64,000 nt of DNA, taken from contig CBDCYI010000004.1 in NCBI GenBank assembly GCA_965224085.1, positions 448,001 to 512,000 of the forward strand, given 5' to 3'. The notes beneath the pieces were generated by a model that was given only the letters and a program-made list of their open reading frames with translations, was not told the DNA's origin and did no database searches. Positions 1 through 8,768 of this stretch are shown here, piece by piece. Positions within the stretch are counted from its first letter, which is position 1. Each line of letters begins with the position of its first letter. This DNA is from Candidatus Marinacidobacterales bacterium. Lineage in GTDB: Bacteria > Acidobacteriota > Vicinamibacteria > Marinacidobacterales > SMYC01. A program made the translations under genes and the position numbers.

Positions 1-450
1 CAGCTCGAGCGACGCGGAATCCGCTAGGGCCATCCCGGACTGACGGAGCTGCTCGATCGCCACGGGGTCGATCGTGTCCCGGCCGAGCTCGATTTGGAAC
101 GCTTCCCGTTGTGCGCGATGTTGCTCCGCGAGGGGCTGCAAGTTCCCCAGGGTGTCTGAAACGATGCGCTTCACTTCGGCTTGCTGCTCATCGGTGGCGT
201 CCACCCGCCCGAGGATAAACGCGGCGGCGAGCTCCGCCCGCTCCTGGATCGCCTCGAGATCCTGTGGACCATGCTCAGAAAAGCGATGGCCGAAGGCTCT
301 CGCCGCAATCGCCGCAATCGCCGGAGCTGCTGCAACGGTCGCGGTCGCCACGGTCCCCGCGAGAAGCGCCCCCGCGAGGCCGCCGACGAAAATCCCGAAC
401 CAGAACCCATGACGCGTGCTGCGTCGCTTGTCGATCGTTTCTGTGCTCAT
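1..450 (-). CDS. Spy/CpxP-family periplasmic helical protein (3' end runs off window)
   Basis: Not in ORF track. ATG at 450 with upstream AAGGAGG. Translates MSTETIDKRRSTRHGFWFGIFVGGLAGALLAG...GRVDATDEQQAEVKRIVSD...IDPVAIEQLRQ: a hydrophobic N-terminus plus an LTxxQ-like motif. Confidence 0.7.
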   Translation of the reverse strand, partial: MSTETIDKRRSTRHGFWFGIFVGGLAGALLAGTVATATVAAAPAIAAIAARAFGHRFSEHGPQDLEAIQERAELAAAFILGRVDATDEQQAEVKRIVSDTLGNLQPLAEQHRAQREAFQIELGRDTIDPVAIEQLRQSGMALADSASLEL

Positions 451-523
451 TGTTGCCTCCTTTTTTGGCTTCGACGTTCGATCAGGAATACGTTTTCGCG
501 CATGAAGGCGCCGTGTCTGGTTC

Positions 524-538
524 GTAAATTTTTGTAAA
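524..538. promoter_or_regulatory. GTAAA-N5-GTAAA direct repeat (CpxR-box-like OmpR-family site)
   Basis: GTAAA TTTTT GTAAA about 75 bp upstream of the Spy/CpxP-like start. Matches the established CpxR consensus. Confidence 0.55.
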
Positions 539-711
539 GTTAGCCTTCAGACCACACGGACTGCTACTATTGCGCTGTCCGTCGTCTCGTCAGCTTCGAG
601 AACGCGCTTGAATGCGTCGGCCTGTCGACGAAGTCGTAGCTCGGGCCTCCTTCCTTCAAAGCTAGGGTGGAGGCGACCTTTACATCTCGCAAGAGCTGAC
701 CGTTCAGGGCA

Positions 712-876
712 CTAGTCCCCTGGAAGAGAGGTTCGTGGCCTAAAGCTCGAGGTCATTTTGTGGGCTGGCAAGGCGTGACGACGAAGTCATATTGGGATAT
801 TTCGAGGAGAAACAACGCAGCCAGCGCGCAAAAGGGCCCGAGATTTAGGTTACGAATCTCTGTTCCAGTGGACTAG
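712..876. repeat. 165-bp CTAG-bounded palindromic element (MITE/REP-like)
   Basis: Imperfect inverted arms of about 57 bp, CTAGTCCCCTGGAAGAGAGGTTCGTGGCCTAAA... / ...TTTAGGTTACGAATCTCTGTTCCAGTGGACTAG. The right CTAG overlaps the glycosyltransferase stop codon. Confidence 0.8.
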
Positions 877-1940
877 CTCCTGGAAACCCTTTCCACGAAA
901 CGCATCAGTTGCTCGTCGTCGTTGCGCGAGCTCCGTTCGTCGAAAACGCGACCCTGCGCGGAAATGACGCGATCGCGTAGCTCGGGGTCGGTCACCAACA
1001 GATGCGCGAGCTCGGCGATCTGGTCGATTTTTTTCTCATGCAACAAAATGCCTGCCCCACCGAGGGTCTCGGCGACGGCCCCCGTGTCATAGGCGATGAC
1101 GGGAACACCCATCTCGTACGCTTCGAGCAGCGGCGCGCAGAACCCTTCGTGCTCGCTCATGCACAAGAAGACGTCGGCGACGCGGTAATAGGCGACGAGC
1201 TCTTCGGTGCTCACGCGACCGGGGAACTCGACGCTCTTAATAGCGAGCTCGTCGGCGAATCCAACGAGGGATTCGTAATAGCGCTCGAAGTCGCGCCATT
1301 CGCCAACGAAGATGAGTCGGCACTTCCTATCGATGAAGCGCTGGTAGTATTTGACGACCTTCATGACGTCTTCGAGACGCTTGTTGGGGATGACGCGTCC
1401 AACGAAGAGGAAGTTGGTCAAGTCGTCGTCGAAGAGCTCCTCCACCACCGGGCTCGGGGACGCTGCCAAACGGTCAGGATCGGACAAGAGCGGGAGGACG
1501 CCCGTCGGCTGGAAGCCTAGACCCTCGAGCTCGCTACGGTTGTACTCGGAAACACCGAGGGCGAGCGCGGTGCGTTCCGCGAACGTCGCGAGTTCCTGTC
1601 GCCCGCGCGCGCATTGCCGGGCGACTTTGGGGGCGAAGTCTGCGAACCAGTGCGCGGGCGTGATGTTGTGGTAGCGAAGCAAAAGCCGGTCCGGAAGCTC
1701 GCGCGCGAGCGAAGCGCTCTTCGAGCCAATCGAAAAGTGCAGCAGCAAAACGTTGTCCGACGATGTCGCCGACGGATATTGGGAGAACTCGAGTGCGCGC
1801 CCCGACATAACGGAGTCTGTAGATTCGGCAAAGATCTCGGATTCGACTCCGTGAGATCGAAGCACCGATTGGATCCGGAGAGCCTCGTTGCCGATGGCAT
1901 CACCGAAAGTCAGTGACGCGACCATTTGATGAACGAACAT
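873..1940 (-). CDS. Glycosyltransferase family 4 (GT-B fold)
   Basis: [30 protein letters not shown] (ExFGxxxxEA-type motif), YHNITP. Confidence 0.9.
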   Translation of the reverse strand: MFVHQMVASLTFGDAIGNEALRIQSVLRSHGVESEIFAESTDSVMSGRALEFSQYPSATSSDNVLLLHFSIGSKSASLARELPDRLLLRYHNITPAHWFADFAPKVARQCARGRQELATFAERTALALGVSEYNRSELEGLGFQPTGVLPLLSDPDRLAASPSPVVEELFDDDLTNFLFVGRVIPNKRLEDVMKVVKYYQRFIDRKCRLIFVGEWRDFERYYESLVGFADELAIKSVEFPGRVSTEELVAYYRVADVFLCMSEHEGFCAPLLEAYEMGVPVIAYDTGAVAETLGGAGILLHEKKIDQIAELAHLLVTDPELRDRVISAQGRVFDERSSRNDDEQLMRFVERVSRS

Positions 1941-2004
1941 CGAGCGTCATTATCTTGTCACCTTCCCCGCGATAGGTCCAATATTCTCAGGTCCGGGGGC
2001 CTGC

Positions 2005-2262
2005 TTGCATACGCTTGTGACCAGCACAATCAACCTTGCGATGCGCGAGCTACGCTATGCCGTCCGTTTGCTGGTTCAATCTCCGGGTTTCACGTTCGTC
2101 GCGGCTGCCGCACTCGCCGTCGGTATCGGCGCGAACATCACCATTTTTGGCTTCGTGAACGCCCTCGTGCTGCGGCCGCTCGACGTGCCCGAGCCCGTCT
2201 GCTGCCGCCTCCCGGCGCGGCGCGCGAGCCGAACGGACCCAACCGTCGCGCTACGCCACTAA
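2005..2262 (+). pseudogene. ADOP/MacB-type ABC permease remnant: N-terminus fused in frame to C-terminus
   Basis: [44 protein letters not shown] (family N-terminus) joined to [16 protein letters not shown] (family C-terminus). 85 aa versus roughly 800 aa typical. Confidence 0.85.
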
Positions 2263-2352
2263 TGTCACCCGGCTGGAATTTGATCTCGCACTGGGAGCGG
2301 CCTACTATGCCGGGGAATTGCCAACCCTTGACTAAATTAAGGAGTCGCTCAC

Positions 2353-3441
2353 ATGACGAAGCTAGGCATCACGGGTGCTCTTTTGATGGCACTCGTAGCA
2401 TCCACCGCGATAGCCGGGCCGGTCCCGGCGGATGTCGGTCCGGAGTTCCAGTCCATCGGACCGCTATCGTTTGGCCCTGAAGGTGTTCTCTTCGCCGCCG
2501 ACAACAAGGCAGCAAAGATCTACGCCATCGACCTTGGTGACCATTCCGCAGGCAAGACCGCGGGAGCCAAGGACATCAAAGCTATCGACCAGAAAATCGC
2601 GAGCATGCTCGGCACGGACGCGCGCGAGCTCACGATCACCGATCTTGCCATCCACCCGAAGTCTAAGAACGCCTTTCTATCGGCGCAGCGAGGCCAGGGC
2701 GCGGCTGCTCAGGCCGTCTTGCTCCGGGTCGACGGCGCCGGCGAGATCGACGTCATCTCCCTCGCGCAGCTGAAATTCACCCATGTCGAGATCCCGAACG
2801 CACCCGAGGCTAACCCGACGGCGCGCCGTGATCCTCGGACAGCAACGATTACGGATATGGCTTTTGTCAGCGGGCGCGTTTTCATCGCGGGTCTTTCGAA
2901 CGAGGAGTTCGCGTCGAAGCTGCGCTCGGTGAAGTATCCCTTCGACACCATCGACGGCGGCACGAGCGTCGAGATTTACCATGGCGCCCACGGCGCCTGG
3001 GAAACGCGCTCTCCCGTTTACACATTCGTCCCCTACGAGCTCGACAACGAGCCTCACCTCATTGCGGGCTATCTCTGCACGCCGCTCGTGAAATTCCCCA
3101 TCAAGAAACTCGAGGCAGGCCAGAAGCTCGTCGGCACGACGATCGCGGAGCTCGGCAATCGCAACCGTCCGCTCGACATGGTCGTGTACTCGAACAACGG
3201 CAAGGACTACATCTTGATGTCCAACACGAGCCGCGGCGTCATGAAGATCCCGACCGAAGGATTCGGCTCCCAGGAGGGCATCACCAAGCCCGTCGCCGGT
3301 GAGAAAGAGGGGATTGGCTACAACACCATCACTGCGATGACCGGCATCGAACAACTCGATCTCTTCGATGACACCCATTCCATCGTCATCGCGCGCACCG
3401 ATTCCGGTTCACTGAACCTCGAGAAAGTCGCGCTCCCGTAA
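2353..3441 (+). CDS. Secreted conserved hypothetical protein, probable beta-propeller
   Basis: AAGGAG RBS, signal peptide, beta-rich blades (LSFGPEGVLFAAD, ITDLAIHP, ITDMAFVSGRVF, PLDMVVY). Confidence 0.8.
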   Translation: MTKLGITGALLMALVASTAIAGPVPADVGPEFQSIGPLSFGPEGVLFAADNKAAKIYAIDLGDHSAGKTAGAKDIKAIDQKIASMLGTDARELTITDLAIHPKSKNAFLSAQRGQGAAAQAVLLRVDGAGEIDVISLAQLKFTHVEIPNAPEANPTARRDPRTATITDMAFVSGRVFIAGLSNEEFASKLRSVKYPFDTIDGGTSVEIYHGAHGAWETRSPVYTFVPYELDNEPHLIAGYLCTPLVKFPIKKLEAGQKLVGTTIAELGNRNRPLDMVVYSNNGKDYILMSNTSRGVMKIPTEGFGSQEGITKPVAGEKEGIGYNTITAMTGIEQLDLFDDTHSIVIARTDSGSLNLEKVALP

Positions 3442-3452
3442 GGAGCTTCGCG

Positions 3453-4520
3453 TTGGAAAGATGGCGGCGTCGCCTCACCTGCGGCGTCGCCCTTTTTTTT
3501 GCGCCATGGGGGACTAGCGCGCAGGCCGAGATCCACGTCTCCCTCGTCGACGGGCAGATCGAGATCGTAGGCCTCACGACCGAAGCGATGGAGGCGGGTG
3601 CTGCGCGCGTCCGCGTCTCGGTTGCACCTGACGCTCCCTCGATCCTGGGCGAATACCGTGTCGACGGCGAGCGACTCTACTTTCAGCCCATGTTCCCGTT
3701 CGATCCGGGACGCGAATACATCGTGCGCGTCGACGGCGGCGGCGAGCCTTTCGTCGCGACGGTGGCGCTCCCAGCTCGCGATCTCGTTCCGACAACGACG
3801 GTCGAGCACATCTACCCTTCGACCCAAACCCTTCCGGAGAACCAGCTCAAGCTCTACATCCACTTCTCGGCGCCCATGGCCGGAGGCGATGGGCTTCGTT
3901 TCGTCAAGCTTGTGGACGCGAACGGAGAGGAGGTGGTTGACCCGTTCCTACCGCTCGGCGACGCGTTCTGGGATCGCGATCACCGACGCTATACCGTGTT
4001 CTTCGACCCGGGGCGCGTGAAGCGCGGCATACTACCCAACGAGGCGATGGGACGACCCATCCTCGAGGAACAGCGCTACACGCTGGCTGTGGATCCCGCG
4101 TGGCGAGATGCGGAAGGCCTACCGCTCGTCGAGCCCTTCCGCAAAGAGTTCACCGCCGGCCCCCCCGACGAAACACCGATCGACCCGAAGACGTGGACCT
4201 TGGAAACGCCGCGCACGGGAACGCGGGAGCCGCTCATTGTCGATTTTCTCGAACCCCTCGACCGAGCCGTCCTCGTTCGCACGCTCGCAGTGGAGAACGT
4301 CGAGGGGGAAATCGAGATCTCGCGGGACGAGACACGCTGGTCGCTCACGCCCAACGAGCCCTGGCACGCCGGCACGTACCACCTCGTCGCACTCACGATC
4401 CTTGAGGACCTCGCAGGAAACCAAATCGGGAAGCCCTTCGAAGTCGACATCTTCGAGCGCGTCGACAGCCCCGACGACAGCCCCGAAACGCACGTAGTGC
4501 CCTTCGTGGTCCGAGACTGA
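3453..4520 (+). CDS. Secreted conserved hypothetical protein with Ig-like (Big-type) domains
   Basis: GGAG before TTG, signal-like N-terminus, repeated IYPS...LYIHFSAPM and VDFLEPLD...LEDLAGN Ig-like strands. Starts 11 nt after the upstream gene. Confidence 0.75.
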   Translation: MERWRRRLTCGVALFFAPWGTSAQAEIHVSLVDGQIEIVGLTTEAMEAGAARVRVSVAPDAPSILGEYRVDGERLYFQPMFPFDPGREYIVRVDGGGEPFVATVALPARDLVPTTTVEHIYPSTQTLPENQLKLYIHFSAPMAGGDGLRFVKLVDANGEEVVDPFLPLGDAFWDRDHRRYTVFFDPGRVKRGILPNEAMGRPILEEQRYTLAVDPAWRDAEGLPLVEPFRKEFTAGPPDETPIDPKTWTLETPRTGTREPLIVDFLEPLDRAVLVRTLAVENVEGEIEISRDETRWSLTPNEPWHAGTYHLVALTILEDLAGNQIGKPFEVDIFERVDSPDDSPETHVVPFVVRD

Positions 4521-4529
4521 CCACCCTTC

Positions 4530-4642
4530 CGAACGATTCAAGTATTGCTTGGACACAGGACGTTGGCACGAGCATGTTCTATGGCCACGTTTTGAATCGC
4601 GGAGGCTGCGGTGTGAGAGGCCCTCTTGACTCCACTATTTGA
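4530..4642 (+). pseudogene. intI: Integron integrase (IntI) C-terminal remnant
   Basis: Translates RTIQVLLGH(R, 1-nt frameshift)DVGTSMFYGHVLNRGGCGVRGPLDSTI*, matching the IntI tail [34 protein letters not shown]. Confidence 0.8.
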
Positions 4643-4739
4643 ACATCACACGATTCCGCGACACCGTGGGGTCGTTTTTTAGCGTCTCGACCAATCCATT
4701 AGCGGGCTATATAGCGAGTACGCGCGATCTAATCAGAAT

Positions 4740-4790
4740 GGCGGGCGCGACCGAAATGCGCGTATCATTTGGGACCGTCGCACGTTAGAC
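4740..4790 (+). other. Candidate attI site (core GTTAGAC at 4784-4790)
   Basis: GTTRRRY core between the intI stub and the first cassette. Nearly complementary to R'' GTCGAAC at the end of cassette 1. Confidence 0.5.
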
Positions 4791-4925
4791 ACGATGAAAC
4801 AGCTGCACCTTCAATTTTTGGTCGCCGCGCTAGCGATGTAAATAAGTTTGTTACGACCAAATATGCAGAAACTATGGAATTCTAGTTCGACCGAATTGTA
4901 GCCACTCCATAAACCTGAGCTGCGC

Positions 4926-4954
4926 TTGACTGTATGCACAGTCATGCATATAGT
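4926..4954 (+). promoter_or_regulatory. sigma70 promoter with operator palindrome, leaderless brnT
   Basis: TTGACT-N17-TATAGT; GACTGT-ATGC-ACAGTC inverted repeat; GTG start 6 nt after the -10. Confidence 0.75.
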
Positions 4955-4960
4955 ACCAGG

Positions 4961-5233
4961 GTGGAGCTCGAATGGGACAGCCGCAAAGCTGCCTCCAACC
5001 TCAAGGATCACGGTGTCGATTTTACCGACGCTGCGACGGTACTGTTTGATGACATGGCGATCACTGTAACGGATGAAACTGTGGACGAAGAGAAGCGCTT
5101 CGTCACGCTCGGCGTTGACGCTCTCGGACGGTGCCTCGTCGTCGTTTACACTTGGCGGGATGAGGCTGCGAGATTGATTTCGGCGCGGATGGCAACACGC
5201 TCGGAGCGTCGTCGATACGAGGGTGCGAGATGA
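4961..5233 (+). CDS. brnT: BrnT-family ribonuclease toxin
   Basis: LEWDSRKAASNLKDHGVDF...LVVVYTWR...RLISARMATRSERRRYE. ATGA overlap with the antitoxin. Confidence 0.9.
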   Translation: MELEWDSRKAASNLKDHGVDFTDAATVLFDDMAITVTDETVDEEKRFVTLGVDALGRCLVVVYTWRDEAARLISARMATRSERRRYEGAR

Positions 5234-5499
5234 AGAAAGAGTACGACTTCAGCCGTGGTAAACGGGGCGCGGTGATCAAAACGCCTCCGGGCAAGACTCG
5301 AATCACAATTCGAATCGACGATGACCTGCTCCAGTGGTTTCGCGACCAGGTGCATGAAGCCGGGGGCGGGAACTATCAAACGCTCATCAACGCGGCCCTT
5401 CGAGAATATGTCGAGGGTAGAGAAGAGAACCTAAAGTCAACTCTCCGAAGTGTTGTTCGGGAGGAGCTCGCGCGGTATGGCAAGAAGGAGTCGAAGTGA
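5230..5499 (+). CDS. brnA: BrnA-family antitoxin
   Basis: MKKEYDFS...RITIRIDDDLLQWFR...NYQTLINAALREY. Confidence 0.9.
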   Translation: MKKEYDFSRGKRGAVIKTPPGKTRITIRIDDDLLQWFRDQVHEAGGGNYQTLINAALREYVEGREENLKSTLRSVVREELARYGKKESK

Positions 5500-5506
5500 G
5501 CGGTCG

Positions 5507-5623
5507 GTCGAACAAAGCGATCGAGCGGACGGCACAGAGGCTTCGTAGAGATAGAATTCTAGACCAGGCGGTGTTGGCTGCGGTCACAGTACTGCTGTGC
5601 CGCCGCTCATCGCCACGTTAGAG
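5507..5623 (+). other. attC recombination site 1
   Basis: R'' GTCGAAC to R' GTTAGAG. Left arm AAC-AAA-GCGAT(C)GAGCGG(A)CGGCACAG pairs with CTGTGCCG-CCGCTC-ATCGC-CAC-GTT, leaving two extrahelical bases. Confidence 0.85.
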
Positions 5624-5646
5624 TCCTCATTGCTTCTTTCACGCGT

Positions 5647-5675
5647 TTGCGTTGTAACTACGATGTAGTTATAAT
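5647..5675 (+). promoter_or_regulatory. sigma70 promoter with operator palindrome, leaderless brnT2
   Basis: TTGCGT-N17-TATAAT; TAACTAC-GAT-GTAGTTA palindrome; GTG 6 nt after the -10. Confidence 0.75.
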
Positions 5676-5681
5676 GGCTTT

Positions 5682-5962
5682 GTGGGTCAGCTGCGATTCT
5701 CGTGGGACACACGGAAGGCTCGTTCCAATGAGCAGAAGCATGGCGTGTCATTTGAGGAAGCCGAAACCGTCTTTCTTGACGACAACGCGTTGTTGCTCGA
5801 CGATCCGGACCACTCGTGGGACGAGACGCGATTTGTTTTGCTGGGTTTGAGCTCGTCGCTGCGCGTGTTGCTGGTCTGTCATTGTTTCGTAGACGAAGCA
5901 TTAGCGCGCGGCGAGCTTCAAAGCAGGAGCGTCGGCAGTACGTCGAGAGATTCGAAGAATGA
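5682..5962 (+). pseudogene. brnT: Second BrnT toxin, frameshifted by a small deletion
   Basis: FSWDTRKARSNEQKHGVSFEEAETVF...LLVCHCFVDE, then the tail ISARRASKQERRQYVERFEE* is in another frame and its stop overlaps the brnA2 ATG. Confidence 0.8.
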
Positions 5963-6177
5963 GAAAAGAATACGACTTTTCCAAAGCGAGAAAGAATCCA
6001 TACGCGAAGCGCCTGAAAAAACAGATCACCATTCGGCTGGACGAGCCGACGATCGGCTATTTCAAGAATCTTGCCGAAGAGCTTGGCATTCCGTATCAGA
6101 CGTTAATCAATCTCTATCTTCGCGACTGCGCATCAAAGAAGCGAAAACTTTCAATGAACTGGAAAGCGTCTGCCTGA
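5959..6177 (+). CDS. BrnA/CopG-family antitoxin
   Basis: MRKEYDFSKARKNPYAKRLKKQITIRLD...PYQTLINLYLRDC. Confidence 0.9.
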   Translation: MRKEYDFSKARKNPYAKRLKKQITIRLDEPTIGYFKNLAEELGIPYQTLINLYLRDCASKKRKLSMNWKASA

Positions 6178-6184
6178 GGACGGC

Positions 6185-6313
6185 CTATAACCTCCGGTTG
6201 CAACGGACGAGGCCCTCTTCGGGAAGCAGCGGCACCTCGCGAGATGTAGTAGCCTGCGGGAGGCGGCGTCGCAAGGCCATACGTTGGCCTCGCCGCTGAA
6301 CCGAACGTTTGGC
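6185..6313 (+). other. attC recombination site 2
   Basis: R'' CTATAAC to R' GTTTGGC. AAC-CTC-CGGTT(G)CAACGG(A)CGAGGCC pairs with GGCCTCG-CCGCTG-AACCG-AAC-GTT, with two extrahelical bases. Confidence 0.8.
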
Positions 6314-6328
6314 CGGACGACGTCGAAC

Positions 6329-6808
6329 ATGCCTATCAAGATTGGTGAAGTGGAGGCGCTCTTTCGGTACCCTGTGAAGTCCATGAGCGGCGAACTTCTC
6401 GAGGTCGCCGACCTGGGCTGGCACGGTCTCGATGGCGACCGGCGCTTGGCCTTCCGTCGGGCTGACGATCGCGGCGGTTTCCCGTGGCTGACCGCCTCCA
6501 AGCTTCCGGAGCTGATTCTCTTTGTTCCACAACGGAGGGGAGCCGCCATCGGTGGAAACCTCCCGACTCATGTTCGCGCGCCGGAAGGAGAGGAGCTGGC
6601 CGTGTTCGGCCAGGAACTGGCGAGGGAGGTCGGTCGCCGCCATGGTTCGCCGGTCGAGATGACGCACCTCAACCGTGGCATCTTCGACGAAGCGAGCATC
6701 TCCGTGATTACCTCCGCCACAGTCGGCGAAATCGGGAGGCGGCACTCGGACCCTTTGGACGCTTCCACGGGAGCACGCGCTCTCTGCGTGCGCCGGGTCG
6801 GGTCCTAA
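6329..6808 (+). pseudogene. MOSC-domain protein cassette, 3'-truncated near 6740
   Basis: IGEVEALFRYPVKSMSGE...GLDGDRR N-domain. Similarity stops before the expected RRFRPN motif, and no downstream attC is visible. Confidence 0.75.
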
Positions 6809-6856
6809 TCGGGCGGAACGCGGCAAAGCGCCAGAAACGGCCACTTGGCTTCGAAG

Positions 6857-7762
6857 CTACTCGGTCTCGAGAAGCGCCAAAAGAGCCCAGCCCGTAGTCG
6901 AGATGTATTGGGCGTAGCTCATCTGCCCGGCCGGCCGCGTCGTTTCCGGCCAACTTCCATCTTCGAGCTGGTTTTCCAGCAGATAGCGCCGTCCCGCCTC
7001 GACCTTGTCTTCGTGGCCGCCGATCTGCGCTAGCGCGAGCATCACGACCGCGGTGTCGAAAGGCTCAGCCGCCGAAGTGACGTAAGGTCCCCAGCCGCCC
7101 GAGGGCGCGTGTCCATCCCGGATCAGCTCCAAGCATGTCGCGCGCTGAGCGAGGGCGGCCGTGTCTTCCGCGTCGGCGAGGGCACCGAGGACCGCGGCGG
7201 CGGCGAGCACGGTTTCGACTTCCACATCGCGCAAAAACCGATCGGCACGATCGAGCTCGCCGGCAAACTGCTTCGGATCCGCGGCCGCCAGCACTCGCCG
7301 CGCGACCGATGTGGCGAGAAACGTTCCATAGGTCGCGGGCGAGCCGATGCTGCCGCTGACGTCGAGTTTCCACGAGCCGTCGGGCCTTTGGTCCGAAGCC
7401 ACGAGCGCCGCCGCCCGATCGAGTGCGCTGTCCTCGTGGACGAGGCCTACGCCGATAGCATCGAGGAGCGCGCTCGCGAACTGGATCCGCGCGAGTGCTT
7501 CGTCGCTGAACGCATCGGCTCCTTTTTGTTCGGACCACGCCGCGGGGTCGGCTAGCCACTCGAGCGTGACGCGGATCGACTCCGGCGGAACCGAATGTCC
7601 CGCGCGGGTGGCCGCAAAGAGCGCCCGCGCCGCATCACCATTGTTGTGGCAGGAAAAGCATTGATTCTCCGCAGGCCACGCGGGGACCTCGCGCGACAGA
7701 AACTCGATCGCGCGCTGCTCGGGAGCGCCGAGGGCAAGCAAGAAGAGAAACGAATGGATCAT
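6857..7762 (-). CDS. Secreted prenyltransferase/squalene-cyclase-repeat protein with CxxCH
   Basis: QW-type repeats (DQRPDGSW, GHAPSGGW, NQLEDGSW), CFSCH near the N-terminus, signal peptide. Confidence 0.8.
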   Translation of the reverse strand: MIHSFLFLLALGAPEQRAIEFLSREVPAWPAENQCFSCHNNGDAARALFAATRAGHSVPPESIRVTLEWLADPAAWSEQKGADAFSDEALARIQFASALLDAIGVGLVHEDSALDRAAALVASDQRPDGSWKLDVSGSIGSPATYGTFLATSVARRVLAAADPKQFAGELDRADRFLRDVEVETVLAAAAVLGALADAEDTAALAQRATCLELIRDGHAPSGGWGPYVTSAAEPFDTAVVMLALAQIGGHEDKVEAGRRYLLENQLEDGSWPETTRPAGQMSYAQYISTTGWALLALLETE

Positions 7763-8739
7763 CGCGCCAGAACCGGAATGAGATCCAGAAGAAAACCGTC
7801 GAGCTCCTTTTTGCTCGCCAAGCTCTCCTCGAAGGGCGTCGCTTTGAGCTCGCCGCGAACAACCCCCACCATGACGCCCGTCTGACCGCCGTGAATGACT
7901 TCGACAGCATAGGCGCCGAGCTTCGTTGCCAAGATGCGATCGCGTGCGCTCGGCCTGCCACCGCGCTGGATATGGCCGAGCACCGTGACGCGGGGCTCGA
8001 AACCCGTGCGGCGCTCGAGCTCTTTCGCCGTCGCGAAAGCGCCGCCTTGGTCATCCCCCTCGGCGCATATGACGATGCTCATCGTCTTGCCTTTGTCGCG
8101 CGCAGCGACGAGCCGCTCGGTGCAAGCGTCCAGATCGGTGACGACTTCCGGTACGAAGATCTCCTCGGCTCCTCCCGCCGTGCCCACATTGAGCGCAATA
8201 AATCCCGAATGCCGGCCCATGACCTCTACGAGAAAGAGACGCTCGTGTGCGCTCGCGGTGTCGCGGATGCGATCGATAGCTTCGAGTCCGGTGTTGAGCG
8301 CGGTGTCGAAGCCAATCGTCTCGTCGGTGCCATAGATGTCGTTGTCGATCGTCACTGGAACGCCGACGATCCGGCGGTCCGGGCCGTTCCAGATCTTGCC
8401 GAGCGCGAGCGCGCCGCGAAAGCTCCCGTCGCCGCCAATGACGACGAGGCCCATCACGCCGTGCTCCTCAAAAACGCTAGCCGCCGCCTTGCGCCCAGCT
8501 TCGGTTTTGAACGCCTCGCTCCGCGCCGACTTCAAGATCGTGCCGCCCCGCTGCAAGATGTTCGACACCGAGCGCGGCCGAAGCTCTTCGAAATCGCCGC
8601 GCATCAAGCCTTCGAAGCCGCGGTGGAAGCCCAGGACGGAAAACCCGCGATGCGCGCCCATACGGACGACGCTCCGCACGGCTGCGTTCATTCCGGGCGC
8701 ATCGCCTCCGCTCGTGAGAACGCCTATCGTCAGCTGCAT
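7759..8739 (-). CDS. pfkA: ATP-dependent 6-phosphofructokinase
   Basis: GVLTSGGDAPGMNAAVR, IGGDGS, TIDND, VEVMGR, LGHIQRGG. Confidence 0.95.
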   Translation of the reverse strand: MQLTIGVLTSGGDAPGMNAAVRSVVRMGAHRGFSVLGFHRGFEGLMRGDFEELRPRSVSNILQRGGTILKSARSEAFKTEAGRKAAASVFEEHGVMGLVVIGGDGSFRGALALGKIWNGPDRRIVGVPVTIDNDIYGTDETIGFDTALNTGLEAIDRIRDTASAHERLFLVEVMGRHSGFIALNVGTAGGAEEIFVPEVVTDLDACTERLVAARDKGKTMSIVICAEGDDQGGAFATAKELERRTGFEPRVTVLGHIQRGGRPSARDRILATKLGAYAVEVIHGGQTGVMVGVVRGELKATPFEESLASKKELDGFLLDLIPVLAR

Positions 8740-8768
8740 CGTTCGAATTTAGTACAATCGCGCAGCCA

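Noticed and set aside
5682-6299. 205-aa extended BrnT
   Set aside because: Frameshift read-through across the antitoxin and attC2.
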